Positions 49,359-59,533 are shown, numbered from the stretch's first letter. The stretch is 64,000 nt of DNA from an uncultured Verrucomicrobiae bacterium (GCA_963837955.1 CAWIPH010000002.1:1056001-1120000), one strand, 5' to 3'. A program made the numbers and translations. Notes: a model not told the origin generated them from the sequence alone.

Positions 49359-50117
49359 TCAGATTTGCGCTCTGCCACCATCAACGAATAGTTCGATGCC
49401 CGTGACAAAACTGGAGTCATCCGAGGCCAGAAATAGCGCCGCCTTGGCGATTTCATCCGGTTCTCCCATACGCCCCATCGGGATGGTGGACACAATCCGG
49501 GCGATAGCGTCCACCGGTTGCCGAGTCACCTGCGGAGTATCGGTCGGACCTGGGCTAAGAACGTTTGAGCGGATCCGGCGGTGCTTCAGCTCCACAGTCC
49601 ATGCTCGCACGAAATTACGGATGGCAGCCTTAGTCGCTCCATAGACACCGAAGGCGGGAGTGCCTTTGACACCTGCGACGGAGCCCGTGAGAATGATAGA
49701 GCTGCCATCATTTAGTAGCGGTAAGGCTTTTTGCACCGTGAATAAGGTTCCTTTTACATTGATGTTGAATAGTTTGTCGAAATGCTCCTCCGTGATGCTT
49801 TCCAAGGGAGAAAATTCGGCGATACCGGCGTTAGCCAAAACGATATCGATTCGTCCCTCCGCCTTGACGGTCTCGTAGAGACGATCAAGGTCGGCCAGTT
49901 TGGCAACATCTCCCTGAACGCCGGTAACATTGCGGCCGATTGCCTTCACGGCCTCATCGAGTTCCTTCTGACGACGGCCCGTGATGAAGACGTAAGCACC
50001 TTCTCTGACGAAGAGCTTGGCTGCGGCTAACCCTATCCCGGTCGTGCCGCCGGTGATGACAGCCACTTTTCCCTGCAATTTTCCCAGTGGTTGCGGAATC
50101 TCGTTCAACGTAGACAT
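49359..50117 (-). CDS. SDR family oxidoreductase
   Basis: [17 protein letters not shown] and LFVDGG motifs. Confidence 0.93.
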   Translation of the reverse strand: MSTLNEIPQPLGKLQGKVAVITGGTTGIGLAAAKLFVREGAYVFITGRRQKELDEAVKAIGRNVTGVQGDVAKLADLDRLYETVKAEGRIDIVLANAGIAEFSPLESITEEHFDKLFNINVKGTLFTVQKALPLLNDGSSIILTGSVAGVKGTPAFGVYGATKAAIRNFVRAWTVELKHRRIRSNVLSPGPTDTPQVTRQPVDAIARIVSTIPMGRMGEPDEIAKAALFLASDDSSFVTGIELFVDGGRAQI

Positions 50118-50120
50118 AAA

Positions 50121-50191
50121 AAACCAATCGGTTCGCTACGAATGCACGACGCCCGCTGATCCGTCAAGAAAGATTGTGAACCAATCGGTTC
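50121..50191. promoter_or_regulatory. Paired TetR-type operators (second copy)
   Basis: AAACCAATCGGTTC 50121-50134, GAACCAATCGGTTC 50178-50191, CGTCAA 50162-50167. Confidence 0.7.
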
Positions 50192-50250
50192 ATTAACCGA
50201 TATTGGATCGAACCCAATGGTAATTGCCGGGGTACTGGCCGCGCCGCGCT

Positions 50251-50853
50251 CTAGCCGCGGCTCTTCGCGACGCCCAACCCGTCCATCAACAGGCGCCACA
50301 CGTCGTTGTACGCCGCATCGATGGCCGGATCGACCCACTCGGCGGCGTGCGCCGGGTGGTGGAACCGGGACGTCGCGAACAGCACCGCCCGACCGGCGGC
50401 CACGGGGTCGATGGTGCGGAACGTGCCTTCCTTCACGCCGGCGCGGATGACCATCGCGGCCAGCCCGACCAACTCTTCGACGTGGGCGGCGGCGACGGAC
50501 TGGGCGTCGGCCGCCAAGGTCCGATAGGCGGCGAACAGCTCCGGGTCGTCGGCGGCTCGGCGGCGTTTGACGGCGATCAGGGCGTCAAACAGCCGCCGTA
50601 ACCGCTGCGGGGCCGGGCCCGGCAGGGCGACGATGTCCCGCAGCGGGGGCATGGTCGCCTCCGCCCATCGGCTGACGACCAGGTCCCGCAGCTCGGCCTT
50701 GCTCGCCACATGCCGGTAGACGGCCGCGTGGCTCACTCCTAGCGCCCGGGCCACGTCCACTACGGTCGCCTTGGCCGGGCCGAACCGGCGGATGACGTCC
50801 TCGGCCGCGGCCAGGATCCGATCGCGGGTGAGCGGGGCGTCAGCCGGGCGCAT
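50251..50853 (-). CDS. TetR family transcriptional regulator
   Basis: ATVVDVARALGVSHAAVYRH HTH; RFHHPAH C-domain. Confidence 0.92.
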   Translation of the reverse strand: MRPADAPLTRDRILAAAEDVIRRFGPAKATVVDVARALGVSHAAVYRHVASKAELRDLVVSRWAEATMPPLRDIVALPGPAPQRLRRLFDALIAVKRRRAADDPELFAAYRTLAADAQSVAAAHVEELVGLAAMVIRAGVKEGTFRTIDPVAAGRAVLFATSRFHHPAHAAEWVDPAIDAAYNDVWRLLMDGLGVAKSRG

Positions 50854-50922
50854 ATGGACCTCTCGACGCGCCGGCTCCCCCTCTCGGTAGTCCGGGAGAG
50901 GGGACCAGAGAGCCTGCTGTAA

Positions 50923-51825
50923 TCAGTGCTTCACCTCTGCCGTAGCGGCGGCGATCCCGTCCAACTCCGCCAAGGTTTGCGGCGACAGCGTCAACTGACC
51001 GGCGGCCAGGTTCTCGCGGAGGTGGGCGACCGACGACGTGCCGGGAATTAAGAGGATGTTGGGCGACCGGTGCAGCAGCCACGCCAGCGCAACCTGCATC
51101 GGTGCGACCCCGAGTCGGCCCGCGACCGACGACAGGGTTGACGACTGCAGCGGCGTGAATCCGCCGAGCGGGAAGAAAGGCACGTACGCGATGCCCCGCC
51201 GGGCCAAATCATCGATCAGGGCGTCGTCGTCGCGGTGGGCCAGATTGTAGTTGTTCTGCACGCACACGACGTCGGTGATAGCCTGCGCCTCGGCCACCTG
51301 GGCGGCCGTGACGTTGCTCAGACCGATGTGGCGGATCAGTCCCTCGCGCCGGAGGTCGGCCAGTACCGTCACCTGCTCGGCGATCGACCCCTCCTTGGGG
51401 CCGTGGACCGACCCCATCGCGCGGTAGTTGACGATGTCGAGCGCGTCCAGGCCCAGGTTGCGGAGGTTGTCCCGGACCCCGGCGGTCAGGTCTTGCGGCG
51501 AAATGGCCGGTTGCCACGACTTGTCGGGAGGGCGGCGTGCTCCCAGTTTGGTCACGATCACCAGTCCCGTCGGGTATGGGTGCAGAGCCTGCCGGATGAT
51601 CTGGTTGGTGACGTGCGGGCCGTAGAAGTCGGACGTGTCGATATGGTTCACGCCGGCCGCGATGGCCTCGCGAAGGACGGCGACGGCACCGTCCGGGTCC
51701 TTGGGCGGCCCCCACACGCCGGGGCCGGCCAGCTGCATCGCGCCGTAGCCTATCCGTTGGACCGTCAACGGCGTGCCGGGGAACGTGAACCGGCCGCCGA
51801 GCGTGGCTTCATTGTGTTCATTCAT
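50923..51825 (-). CDS. Aldo/keto reductase
   Basis: GYGAMQL, HIDTSDFYG, IGLSN and LLIPGTSSVAHLREN motifs; GAAAGGA before ATG 51825. Confidence 0.93.
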   Translation of the reverse strand: MNEHNEATLGGRFTFPGTPLTVQRIGYGAMQLAGPGVWGPPKDPDGAVAVLREAIAAGVNHIDTSDFYGPHVTNQIIRQALHPYPTGLVIVTKLGARRPPDKSWQPAISPQDLTAGVRDNLRNLGLDALDIVNYRAMGSVHGPKEGSIAEQVTVLADLRREGLIRHIGLSNVTAAQVAEAQAITDVVCVQNNYNLAHRDDDALIDDLARRGIAYVPFFPLGGFTPLQSSTLSSVAGRLGVAPMQVALAWLLHRSPNILLIPGTSSVAHLRENLAAGQLTLSPQTLAELDGIAAATAEVKH

Positions 51826-51870
51826 TGTGTTGATCCTTTCCAATGCTGACATGAGCAGCCGTACGCGCAC

Positions 51871-51903
51871 TGTTACAGAAGTCAAATATTGAAATCTGTA
51901 ACA
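51871..51903. promoter_or_regulatory. Palindromic operator upstream of the AKR-TetR pair
   Basis: TGTTACAGA-N15-TCTGTAACA. Confidence 0.6.
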
Positions 51904-51919
51904 TGGCGCGACGCGCCTC

Positions 51920-51951
51920 CGTACCTGCGGCGCAAAGGCGCCGCAGGTACG
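51920..51951. terminator. Perfect 14-bp hairpin just after the epimerase stop
   Basis: CGTACCTGCGGCGC-AAAG-GCGCCGCAGGTACG; no U-tract. Confidence 0.45.
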
Positions 51952-51959
51952 CGGTCTGT

Positions 51960-52853
51960 TCAGGTTTCGAAATAGCGCGGCCGGTCGAGATCGGGAATGA
52001 GCCCGGGCTGTGTTGGGCGCCATCCCAGCCCTTCCTGCGTCTGTGCGCTTGAGGCCGGGCAGTCGACACCCACGAAGAACCCGAGGAAGCCAAAATGGTC
52101 GGCTGCCTCCTCGCGCGACTTGCCGACGACCGGCACGTTCAGCCGCCGCCCGATTACCTCAGCGATCTCTCGGAACGGCACGCCCTCGTCCGCGACCCCG
52201 TGATACCGGGCTCCCGTGGAGCCCTTCTCAAGCACGAGCCTGTAGAGATGAGCAGCATCGAGCCGGTGGACCGCGGGCCAGCGGTTGAGCCCGTCACCCA
52301 CATACGCCGAAGCGCCCTTTTGCCGCGCGATGCCGATGAGAGCCGGAACGAAACCGTGATCGCCATCGCCATGGACCGACGGGGGAAGACGGACCACCGA
52401 CGCGCGCACCCCACGCGTCGCCACCGAGGCGGCCGTCGCTTCCGAAGCGCGGGGATATGATGTGGAGGTGGGAACAGGCGCATCTTCCTCGGTCGCGATG
52501 CGGCCCGACGCCAGGAGCGCGACCCCGGAGGTTACGAGCAGGGGGCGGTTGGAGCCTTCGAGCACGGCGCCGAGCCCCTCGATGGCGCGTCGGTCCATCT
52601 CGCAGTTTTCCGCGAATTTCGAGAAGTCGTGGTTGAAGGCAGTGTGAATCACGCCATCCGACATGGCTGCTCCACTGCGCAGGCTTTCCAGGTCTTCAAG
52701 ATCACCTCGATGCACCTGGGCACCAGCGGCGATAAGAGACTTGGCGCCCGCATCTGAGCGAGCCAGACCGATCACCTCGTGCCCCGCTGTAAGTAACTCA
52801 CGGACGATGGCTGAGCCAATGAAGCCCGTGGCTCCCGTCACAAAGACACGCAT
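51960..52853 (-). CDS. Extended SDR / NAD-dependent epimerase family protein
   Basis: [26 protein letters not shown] and [10 protein letters not shown] motifs. Confidence 0.92.
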   Translation of the reverse strand: MRVFVTGATGFIGSAIVRELLTAGHEVIGLARSDAGAKSLIAAGAQVHRGDLEDLESLRSGAAMSDGVIHTAFNHDFSKFAENCEMDRRAIEGLGAVLEGSNRPLLVTSGVALLASGRIATEEDAPVPTSTSYPRASEATAASVATRGVRASVVRLPPSVHGDGDHGFVPALIGIARQKGASAYVGDGLNRWPAVHRLDAAHLYRLVLEKGSTGARYHGVADEGVPFREIAEVIGRRLNVPVVGKSREEAADHFGFLGFFVGVDCPASSAQTQEGLGWRPTQPGLIPDLDRPRYFET

Positions 52854-52869
52854 GCTGAGCTCCTTTCAT

Positions 52870-53029
52870 CCGGAGTCACGGACGCAACGCCGGGATCGGC
52901 GTCCGTTGTTTGATCCAGGACCTGTTGCCGGCGTCCCGCGATGATGACCTTATGGCCGAGAGCGGGAAACGCTTCAGCCCGTCCTCGACCGATGCCGGTA
53001 ACGAGGATTGTGTTTTCGCTTAGCTTCAT
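52870..53029 (-). pseudogene. N-terminal remnant of a DltE-like SDR
   Basis: MKLSENTILVTGIGRG...VIIAGRR; Gly-rich motif shortened; truncated after about 50 codons. Confidence 0.75.
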
Positions 53030-53036
53030 GGCACAA

Positions 53037-53112
53037 TGTAGGCAGAGCCAGCATTGTAGTCAATGGCTACATAGCTTGAAAAGTAGTCAGACCGTTGCAG
53101 TCAATGACAACA
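53037..53112. promoter_or_regulatory. Three 17-bp TG...CA pseudo-palindromes, likely TetR operators
   Basis: TGTAGGCAGAGCCAGCA 53037, TGTAGTCAATGGCTACA 53055, TGCAGTCAATGACAACA 53096. Confidence 0.55.
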
Positions 53113-53151
53113 TGCGGTAAAATTTGAAAGTGACATTGTGAGCTCCTCTGA

Positions 53152-53757
53152 GTGAAGCCTTCGACCCGTCCCTACCACCACGGTAATCTGCGCCAAGCAC
53201 TGCTGCAGGCGGCAGAAGTCGCGCTGGAAGCACGCGGCGTCCAGCATTTGTCATTGCGCGAACTGAGCCGCGAATTGGGGGTAAGCCACGCTTCACCGCA
53301 ACGGCATTTTGCGACGAAACAAGACCTCATCGATGCTCTCGCGATCATGGGTTTTGAACGATTGAGCTCGGTCGTGGCTAAAGCGGCAGAAGCTCGCAAC
53401 CAAGATTTTAACGCACGATTGACGAAAGCGGCGTTTGCTTACGTCGGATTCGCCCTCAAACATCCAGCGTTATTCGCTTTGATGTTTGAGGCGAAGCGGC
53501 GGGCGGGGATGCTTCCGGAACTTCGGACGGCCCTCATGGCGGCGTATTCGCATACCCCAAAGATTTTGAAAGAAGGTCAAGAAGCAGGAAAGATCGTCGC
53601 AGGCGATCCCGATCGTTTGGCCCTTACCCTTGGTGCGGCACTCCACGGATTGGTCGCTATCTCAATCGACGGGAAAATCAAAGGCGCTCCGCTCAAGACC
53701 ATCGTACCCGAAACTGTCCAGCATGTGCTTAAGGGGTTGAGCACAAACAAAACTTGA
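53152..53757 (+). CDS. TetR/AcrR family regulator
   Basis: YHHGNLR, LSLRELSRELGVSH and LHGL motifs. Confidence 0.92.
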   Translation: MKPSTRPYHHGNLRQALLQAAEVALEARGVQHLSLRELSRELGVSHASPQRHFATKQDLIDALAIMGFERLSSVVAKAAEARNQDFNARLTKAAFAYVGFALKHPALFALMFEAKRRAGMLPELRTALMAAYSHTPKILKEGQEAGKIVAGDPDRLALTLGAALHGLVAISIDGKIKGAPLKTIVPETVQHVLKGLSTNKT

Positions 53758-53904
53758 TACCCCTCGTTGCCATTGTACGCGGTGAACCGCCAGCTTGTTG
53801 TCGCGGCAGTTTAGCTATTACCACGATCCCAGCCTCAGGTCGAAAATTGCAGCGAGTTCACCTATATAATGAAGTAGGGGATGAGCGGCAACCGTCCAAC
53901 GCGC

Positions 53905-54025
53905 AACAGCCAGCCATCACCCAGCCGTACGCCAATGTTGCCGCTCTCGCCTGGACTCAAACCGCGAGCATACAAACTTCGGACGATTTCGACGATACGA
54001 TCACGAATCTGCGTTTCGCTTTCAT
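53905..54025 (-). pseudogene. otnC: 5' remnant of a class II aldolase (OtnC-like 3-oxo-tetronate-4-P decarboxylase)
   Basis: SETQIRDRIVEIVRSLYARGLSPGESGNIGVRLGDGWLL directly after otnK; its ATG is out of frame and homology stops after about 40 codons. Confidence 0.7.
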
Positions 54026-55278
54026 GAAAGAGTATTCCAAGCATGGGTGAGGAAATTTGCGGCTCCGAAATTGCCAGATTTGAGCGCGAGAGCCACAGGA
54101 TGAGGTCCGCCTAAACCGAGGGTCCAGGGAACCCCAGGCGCAATTTCTTTGCCAATGCGTAGAGCTCGAATTTTGAGCGCGTTAACGACTGCGCCAGAGG
54201 TCTCTCCACCAGCGACAATGAGTTGGCGCACCCCTTCCTCGACAAGGGACGAAGCAAGCGTTGATAATGCTTGCTCAACCAATTCGCTCGCGTGCTGGAA
54301 GCCGAGTTGGGTCTGGGCTACGGACACTTCCACTGGATTGCCGCTACTGTAAATCAGTACGGTTTCGTCCTGATTCAAATGCCCTCGGGCCCAGGATAAA
54401 GCATCCTTAAGCGCCCCAGCGAAGTCATAGTGCAGATCAAACGGCCGAAGCTGGAAGGAGGGGTATTCGGCTTTCGCGTGCTCAATCTGGGCAAGGGTGG
54501 TCTTTGAACAACTCCCTGCGAAAATAGCGCGTTTTCCGGCTGGAATGGAAAATGCCGGAGTAGAAGGTGCGTTGACGGTATCGGGGCGCAGCCCGAGTGC
54601 TAAACCTGAACTACCGGTAACCAGCTTGAGATCAGATACAGATTCACCCAAAGTCAGCAGATCTTGATTCGAAGTAGTGTCCGTGACGGCCATTCGTATG
54701 CCTAAGTCGCGCAACTCTGCGATTTGCTGCCGAATAGCTTCAATTCCCTGGATGATCGTGTCGGATCGGATCAGACCAACGCGGGATTGCGTCTGCGCCG
54801 AGAGAACGCGGACGATGTTTGCGTCAGTCATCGGAGTTAGCGGATGGTTTTGCATCCCGCTCTCGTTCAGGAGCTGATTGTGCACAAAAAGGTGGCCTTG
54901 ATAAACGGTTCTTCCGTTATCCGGAAAGGCCGGGCACAGGACGGTAAGCGGCTCGCCAAGCTCGTCCAAAAGCGCGTCGATGACCGGACCGATATTTCCC
55001 GCCGGCGTGGAATCAAAGGTCGAACAGTATTTAAAATAGAACTGGCGGCACCCTACTGCCTGCAGCCACCGCAACGCCTCCAGGGAAAGGGCCTTCGCCT
55101 CACTCGCAGGAATGGTTCGGCTCTTTAGCGCTACAACAATGGCGTCGACGTCACTCAATTCGGCTCCTGCGGAGGGGACTCCCAGAGTTTGGACGGTTCG
55201 GAAACCGCGCTTGACGAGATTACCGCTGAGATCTGTGCCGCCGGTGAAATCATCGGCTATGCAACCAAGGGAGGACAT
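54022..55278 (-). CDS. otnK: 3-oxo-tetronate kinase (DUF1537 four-carbon acid sugar kinase)
   Basis: LGCIADDFTGGTD, ALKSRT, KYCSTFDST, HPLTPMTD, AGGETSG and LKSGNFG motifs. Confidence 0.9.
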   Translation of the reverse strand: MSSLGCIADDFTGGTDLSGNLVKRGFRTVQTLGVPSAGAELSDVDAIVVALKSRTIPASEAKALSLEALRWLQAVGCRQFYFKYCSTFDSTPAGNIGPVIDALLDELGEPLTVLCPAFPDNGRTVYQGHLFVHNQLLNESGMQNHPLTPMTDANIVRVLSAQTQSRVGLIRSDTIIQGIEAIRQQIAELRDLGIRMAVTDTTSNQDLLTLGESVSDLKLVTGSSGLALGLRPDTVNAPSTPAFSIPAGKRAIFAGSCSKTTLAQIEHAKAEYPSFQLRPFDLHYDFAGALKDALSWARGHLNQDETVLIYSSGNPVEVSVAQTQLGFQHASELVEQALSTLASSLVEEGVRQLIVAGGETSGAVVNALKIRALRIGKEIAPGVPWTLGLGGPHPVALALKSGNFGAANFLTHAWNTLS

Positions 55279-55418
55279 AGTAGTCGCTCTGAGGGAATTC
55301 GTTTATAGGTGCTTCAGGATGCTGGGATTTGGCTATCAACGGGCGGGACGAGGCCGAATAGGATCTCGCAAGAAAGTCAATCTCGATTCTAGACGAGCGC
55401 TTTGGGGTGCGGGGTCCG

Positions 55419-56204
55419 TCAGGTCTTGCCAGGCTGTAAGTCAGCGACTACTTCGCGAAATTTTTGAGCAATCAGTAGCGTGGAAGCCAGGGCCACAAAA
55501 GACGCTCCTTTAGCGGTCCAGGCATTTGCGTCTTTGGCATCTCGCGCGAAGGTACCGAGTTTGACGTTCGGCTTGGAGGCAACGGTACTGCAGATCCGAG
55601 TAAACGCTTCAACAACGGCCGGGTGATCGCTTTCTCCGGGATAGCCGAGTCCGAGCGACAGGTCCGCTGGACCGATAAACACACAGTCAATGTACGGAAC
55701 CGAAGCAATCTCCCCCACGTGCTCAATAGCTTCCGGATCCTCGATCTGTACGGCTATAAGTGTGTTTTCTTCTGCAGCGCGAAGATGCTCTTTGAGATTG
55801 GAAAACGCGTGTCGTGCCGCGCGCGTTGTGGTCGCCAGACCGCGCCGGCCGATCGGCGGATAGTGGGCTGCTCGCACAATCGCTTCGGCTTCCAACTTTG
55901 TGTTCACATGCGGAACAATGATGCCTTCAGCGCCGATATCGAGTGCCCCAAGGATCTCGGCAGGGTGGTGGCTTCCCACACGGACAACTGCAGGCATGCC
56001 AAAGCTCTCGGCAGCGCGAACGTGGTGTTCCCATTCGAGGGTTTCGCCGCTGCCATGCTCTCCGTCGATGAACGCGAAATCGAATCCCGCGGCTGCACAC
56101 ATCTCTACCAACGCGGGCGCTGGCGGTTTGATGACAACCCCGTATAAGGCTTCACCGCCAAGAAGTCGCTGGCGTAGCGATCGTTCAGCGCTTCTTTGTT
56201 TCAT
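55419..56204 (-). CDS. HpcH/HpaI aldolase family protein
   Basis: FIDGEHG, YPPIGRRG, VQIE and FIGPADLS motifs; ATGA overlap with the upstream gene. Confidence 0.9.
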   Translation of the reverse strand: MKQRSAERSLRQRLLGGEALYGVVIKPPAPALVEMCAAAGFDFAFIDGEHGSGETLEWEHHVRAAESFGMPAVVRVGSHHPAEILGALDIGAEGIIVPHVNTKLEAEAIVRAAHYPPIGRRGLATTTRAARHAFSNLKEHLRAAEENTLIAVQIEDPEAIEHVGEIASVPYIDCVFIGPADLSLGLGYPGESDHPAVVEAFTRICSTVASKPNVKLGTFARDAKDANAWTAKGASFVALASTLLIAQKFREVVADLQPGKT

Positions 56205-57352
56205 ACTTCGTTCCAATGCCGTCCCCAGTCTCCATAAGCCTCCCAGCCGGTCTCAGTGACCACAACGGTGTCTTCGAGCTTAATAAAGCCGGCTTCCGGA
56301 TGTTTGATGCCGGTTTCAATCGAAAGGACCATGCCGGATTCGAGTGCGCGTTCGGCGTGGACACCGTCGTAACCGATCTCATCGTTGTGCCGCAGGCGCG
56401 GCGCCTCATGGCTAATCAAGCCCATTCCGTGCGCGACGAATCCAAAGCTTTTTCCGAACTTACACTGCTCGGTCGCCCTGTGCCCGGCTTCGTAAACTTC
56501 GTGCCCAAGTCGGCCGGGACCGATTACGAGACGAGTTTGATCCTGGACAAACAGAATTTCGTTGAGAAGCTCTTGCATCAGTTCGGTCGGTGGTCCCATC
56601 ACCGCCATGCGTGCCATGTCTGCGAGGTAACCGTGGTAATGGCCGGCCGTATCGAGAGACAGCACTTCTCCTGGATTCCAGGGCCGGTTCGAAGGCGCCC
56701 TCCCAAAGGTTGGTCCACTCGTAATAAGAGCGTAATCAAAAGTAAGGCCACGGTGAGACTGCTCGAGCCGCAATTGCTCTACGAGTTGCGCCTCGGTTAT
56801 GCCCGGCTTCGCGCTCTCGAATGTTGCCAGCATTGAGTCAACAACGGCTGCAGCGCCCATTTGGAGATACTCTAGCTCCTGCTTAGTTTTTACTGCGCGC
56901 AGCTCCTCGAGAATTGGAAGCGCCTCAACGAACTCTGTATTTGATAATTCGCGTCGGAGCGTATCTATGGCGTCCGCCGGAAAAAACGAGAACTCAAGCG
57001 CGATGCGGCCCGTGGTGAACCCGGCCTTTCGAATAAGCTCCGCGGCTGCCATCGCAGAATCCACACTGGACCAGGAACGAGTCAGCGTATTGGGCGTCCA
57101 GATAGGAAAAACTTCCAGACCCCAAGCTTCATTACCTGCTCCGACGTAGAACGCCAGTTCAGGTCTACCCCGAAAGTAACCGACAACAGGCAAGTAGCGG
57201 CCAGTACCAATTGCGTCAGCATGTTCAAAGAAAAAGTAGCGATAACCGCCAAGCAAGTACTGCACGTTGTGTTTGGTGACGGCAAGCACGAGTTCGATTC
57301 CGGTTTCGTCGAGCAATCGATCAAGTTTTTTGGCATCAAAAGGAGGCGTCAT
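56201..57352 (-). CDS. M24 (Xaa-Pro peptidase / creatinase fold) hydrolase
   Basis: LDTAG...LADMAR, AHGMGLISHEAP, SIET and KLEDTV motifs. Confidence 0.88.
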   Translation of the reverse strand: MTPPFDAKKLDRLLDETGIELVLAVTKHNVQYLLGGYRYFFFEHADAIGTGRYLPVVGYFRGRPELAFYVGAGNEAWGLEVFPIWTPNTLTRSWSSVDSAMAAAELIRKAGFTTGRIALEFSFFPADAIDTLRRELSNTEFVEALPILEELRAVKTKQELEYLQMGAAAVVDSMLATFESAKPGITEAQLVEQLRLEQSHRGLTFDYALITSGPTFGRAPSNRPWNPGEVLSLDTAGHYHGYLADMARMAVMGPPTELMQELLNEILFVQDQTRLVIGPGRLGHEVYEAGHRATEQCKFGKSFGFVAHGMGLISHEAPRLRHNDEIGYDGVHAERALESGMVLSIETGIKHPEAGFIKLEDTVVVTETGWEAYGDWGRHWNEV

Positions 57353-57534
57353 AAATTAGAAGGAGAAGGGTTCCCGTCTCACATTAAAGATCGAGTGAAG
57401 CCAGCTCGTGATTGGTACCAGATTCGTCGTTTACTCCTATCATGACCGTCGGATCGAGCCGTGGCTTTACCGAGCCGCGCTTCGCCTCCTTCAGTAGGAC
57501 CAACAGAAAATCTAGCTAGGCTGATCATTAATGC

Positions 57535-58314
57535 TCACCACAGCGTCTGGCCACCTTCAATGATCAGGTTGTGGCCTGTCATGTAATCGGAGACTTCTGA
57601 GGCGAGGTACACGGCCGCGCCGGCGAGGTCCTCAAGCTCACACAATCTGCCCATCGGGATATCTCTTATCCAGCCCTCGACAAGAGGCGCCAGCGCCGGC
57701 GACTCCATGATAAGCTTTGTCCGCAGAATGCCAGGTGAAATACAATTTACTCGCACTCCGCGGTCGGCCCACTCTGCCGCGAGGCTTCTTGTTAAGTTTA
57801 CGACGCCAGCTTTTGACGTGTTATAGGCAGCTTGTTTCTGCGGATGCGGTACAATGACGCTCGACATTGACGCAGTGTTGATAATTTTGCCGTAGCCCGC
57901 CTTGAGCATGACTCTTCCCTCGGCTTGGCAGCAGAGAAAAACCCCACGTAAGTTCACCTCAAAAGTCTCGTTCCATTCGACGAGGGAAGTTTCCTCAGCC
58001 GCGGAATTCCGGTTAATACCAGCGTTATTGAACGCGATATGCAGATCTCCGAAGTGGCTCGTTATTTGAGAGACCATGCCTTCTACTTGTTCGGGAAACC
58101 GGATGTCGCAGGTAACTGCTATTGCCTCTTTGTTGTACGATTTGATCGCGGCCGCTATTTTCTCAGCGTTAGCTCCATTTATGTCGACAACCGCCACTCT
58201 AGCACCAGCTTGGGCGAGAGCGTGCGCCAAAGCTTCACCGATTCCCTGACCAGCACCGGTCACAAGAGCAGTTCGACCATTTAGTTTAAATCGTTCGAGA
58301 ATGGGAGTAGGCAT
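57535..58314 (-). CDS. SDR oxidoreductase (polyol/sugar dehydrogenase-like)
   Basis: TGAGQGIG, NNAG, ASMS...PQKQAAYNTSK motifs. Confidence 0.9.
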   Translation of the reverse strand: MPTPILERFKLNGRTALVTGAGQGIGEALAHALAQAGARVAVVDINGANAEKIAAAIKSYNKEAIAVTCDIRFPEQVEGMVSQITSHFGDLHIAFNNAGINRNSAAEETSLVEWNETFEVNLRGVFLCCQAEGRVMLKAGYGKIINTASMSSVIVPHPQKQAAYNTSKAGVVNLTRSLAAEWADRGVRVNCISPGILRTKLIMESPALAPLVEGWIRDIPMGRLCELEDLAGAAVYLASEVSDYMTGHNLIIEGGQTLW

Positions 58315-58388
58315 AATGCGGGAGAGTTGAGCGCTGGCCTGGAAGATATCCTAGCCTGGAGTTTCCTACGCGCCGTTTCCGTCCATCA

Positions 58389-59339
58389 CTATTCGGACTT
58401 GCCTTGTTCCGCATCAGTAATATTAGCGCTCGTAATGATCACCGGTGCTAAGATGGCAGGGGTCAAAGTCTTCTTGTCTCGCAAGAACGCGGTCATCGCG
58501 TCGAGCGCGGTGCGTACCTGGCCGCCGAGACGTTGATCCACGGTGGCGTACAGCCATCCATCTTTCACGGCATTTAGCGCGTCCGGCATTGCGTCGCATC
58601 CGATCACCGCCACCTTGCCCGCAGCTAGATTCTCAGTGCGGAGCGCCTCAATAGCTCCTAAAGCCATGTCATCGTTGGCCGACACAATGGCATCTGGCTG
58701 GTAGCCAAGCGATGTTAGTATATTCTGGGTTACGCGTAAGCCCTCTGGTCTTTGCCACTTCGCAGTTTGGCGAGCGACAATCTTATACTTGTCCTTTTCC
58801 TTTTCGATCGCGTCGAAGAAACCTTTCGCTCGCAGAACAGCCGAGCCGGAGCCGGGCTCTCCATCAAGGAAGATCAGCTTCGCGCCATTCGGAAATTTCT
58901 TTTCAAGCGCTTCTGCCATTGCTCGCCCGACCGCCTCCTGGTCCGCGCCGTAATGAATGGTTGGTTTTGCGGTGCCTTTGACTACGCTGCAGAATGTGAC
59001 GACCGGAACCTTCTCGGAAACCAGATCATCGATTATCGCGGCCGACGCTTGTTCGTCGACCGGCTCGATGACAATACCGGCGACGCCTCTAGTCACAACC
59101 CCACGAAGATCACTGGCCTCTCTGCTGGTGTCTCCCTGAGCGTCAACGACCACGACGTCAACGCCTAGTTTTTTCCCTTCGTCCTGAGCACAGCGTCCCA
59201 TGAACGCAGTGGCTGCCCAAGCGAGATTAGGCAGACTCACACCGATTTCGAGATTTTTCGCTTCGACGATGAGCGGAAACGACAGAAGAACGGCGCTTAG
59301 AGCCGTGAAATAACGTTGCCAAGAGATATAAGCTTTCAT
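58389..59339 (-). CDS. Sugar ABC transporter substrate-binding protein (RbsB-like)
   Basis: Signal peptide; DAQGD, ANDDMALGA and IGCD motifs. Confidence 0.88.
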   Translation of the reverse strand: MKAYISWQRYFTALSAVLLSFPLIVEAKNLEIGVSLPNLAWAATAFMGRCAQDEGKKLGVDVVVVDAQGDTSREASDLRGVVTRGVAGIVIEPVDEQASAAIIDDLVSEKVPVVTFCSVVKGTAKPTIHYGADQEAVGRAMAEALEKKFPNGAKLIFLDGEPGSGSAVLRAKGFFDAIEKEKDKYKIVARQTAKWQRPEGLRVTQNILTSLGYQPDAIVSANDDMALGAIEALRTENLAAGKVAVIGCDAMPDALNAVKDGWLYATVDQRLGGQVRTALDAMTAFLRDKKTLTPAILAPVIITSANITDAEQGKSE

Positions 59340-59370
59340 TGGTTTTGGGGGGTGAATAGAATCGATTATG

Positions 59371-59503
59371 TGGTCAACTGGTCGACCAGTCAAGCGGTTC
59401 TTGCCGGAAAAACATGATTCCCTTATCGCACTTGTCCACCGCTTCGGGTTTATCTTTCATTCGGACTGGCTACCTGAAAATTTATTGGTAAGCCGGTTGA
59501 CCA
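59371..59503. promoter_or_regulatory. Inverted pair of GntR/FadR-type boxes in the divergent promoter
   Basis: TGGTCAACTGGTCGACCA 59371-59388 and TGGTAAGCCGGTTGACCA 59486-59503 (14/18 as reverse complements). Confidence 0.55.
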
Positions 59504-59533
59504 GATCGTGCTTCGAAAATATGCTTCTCGAAA

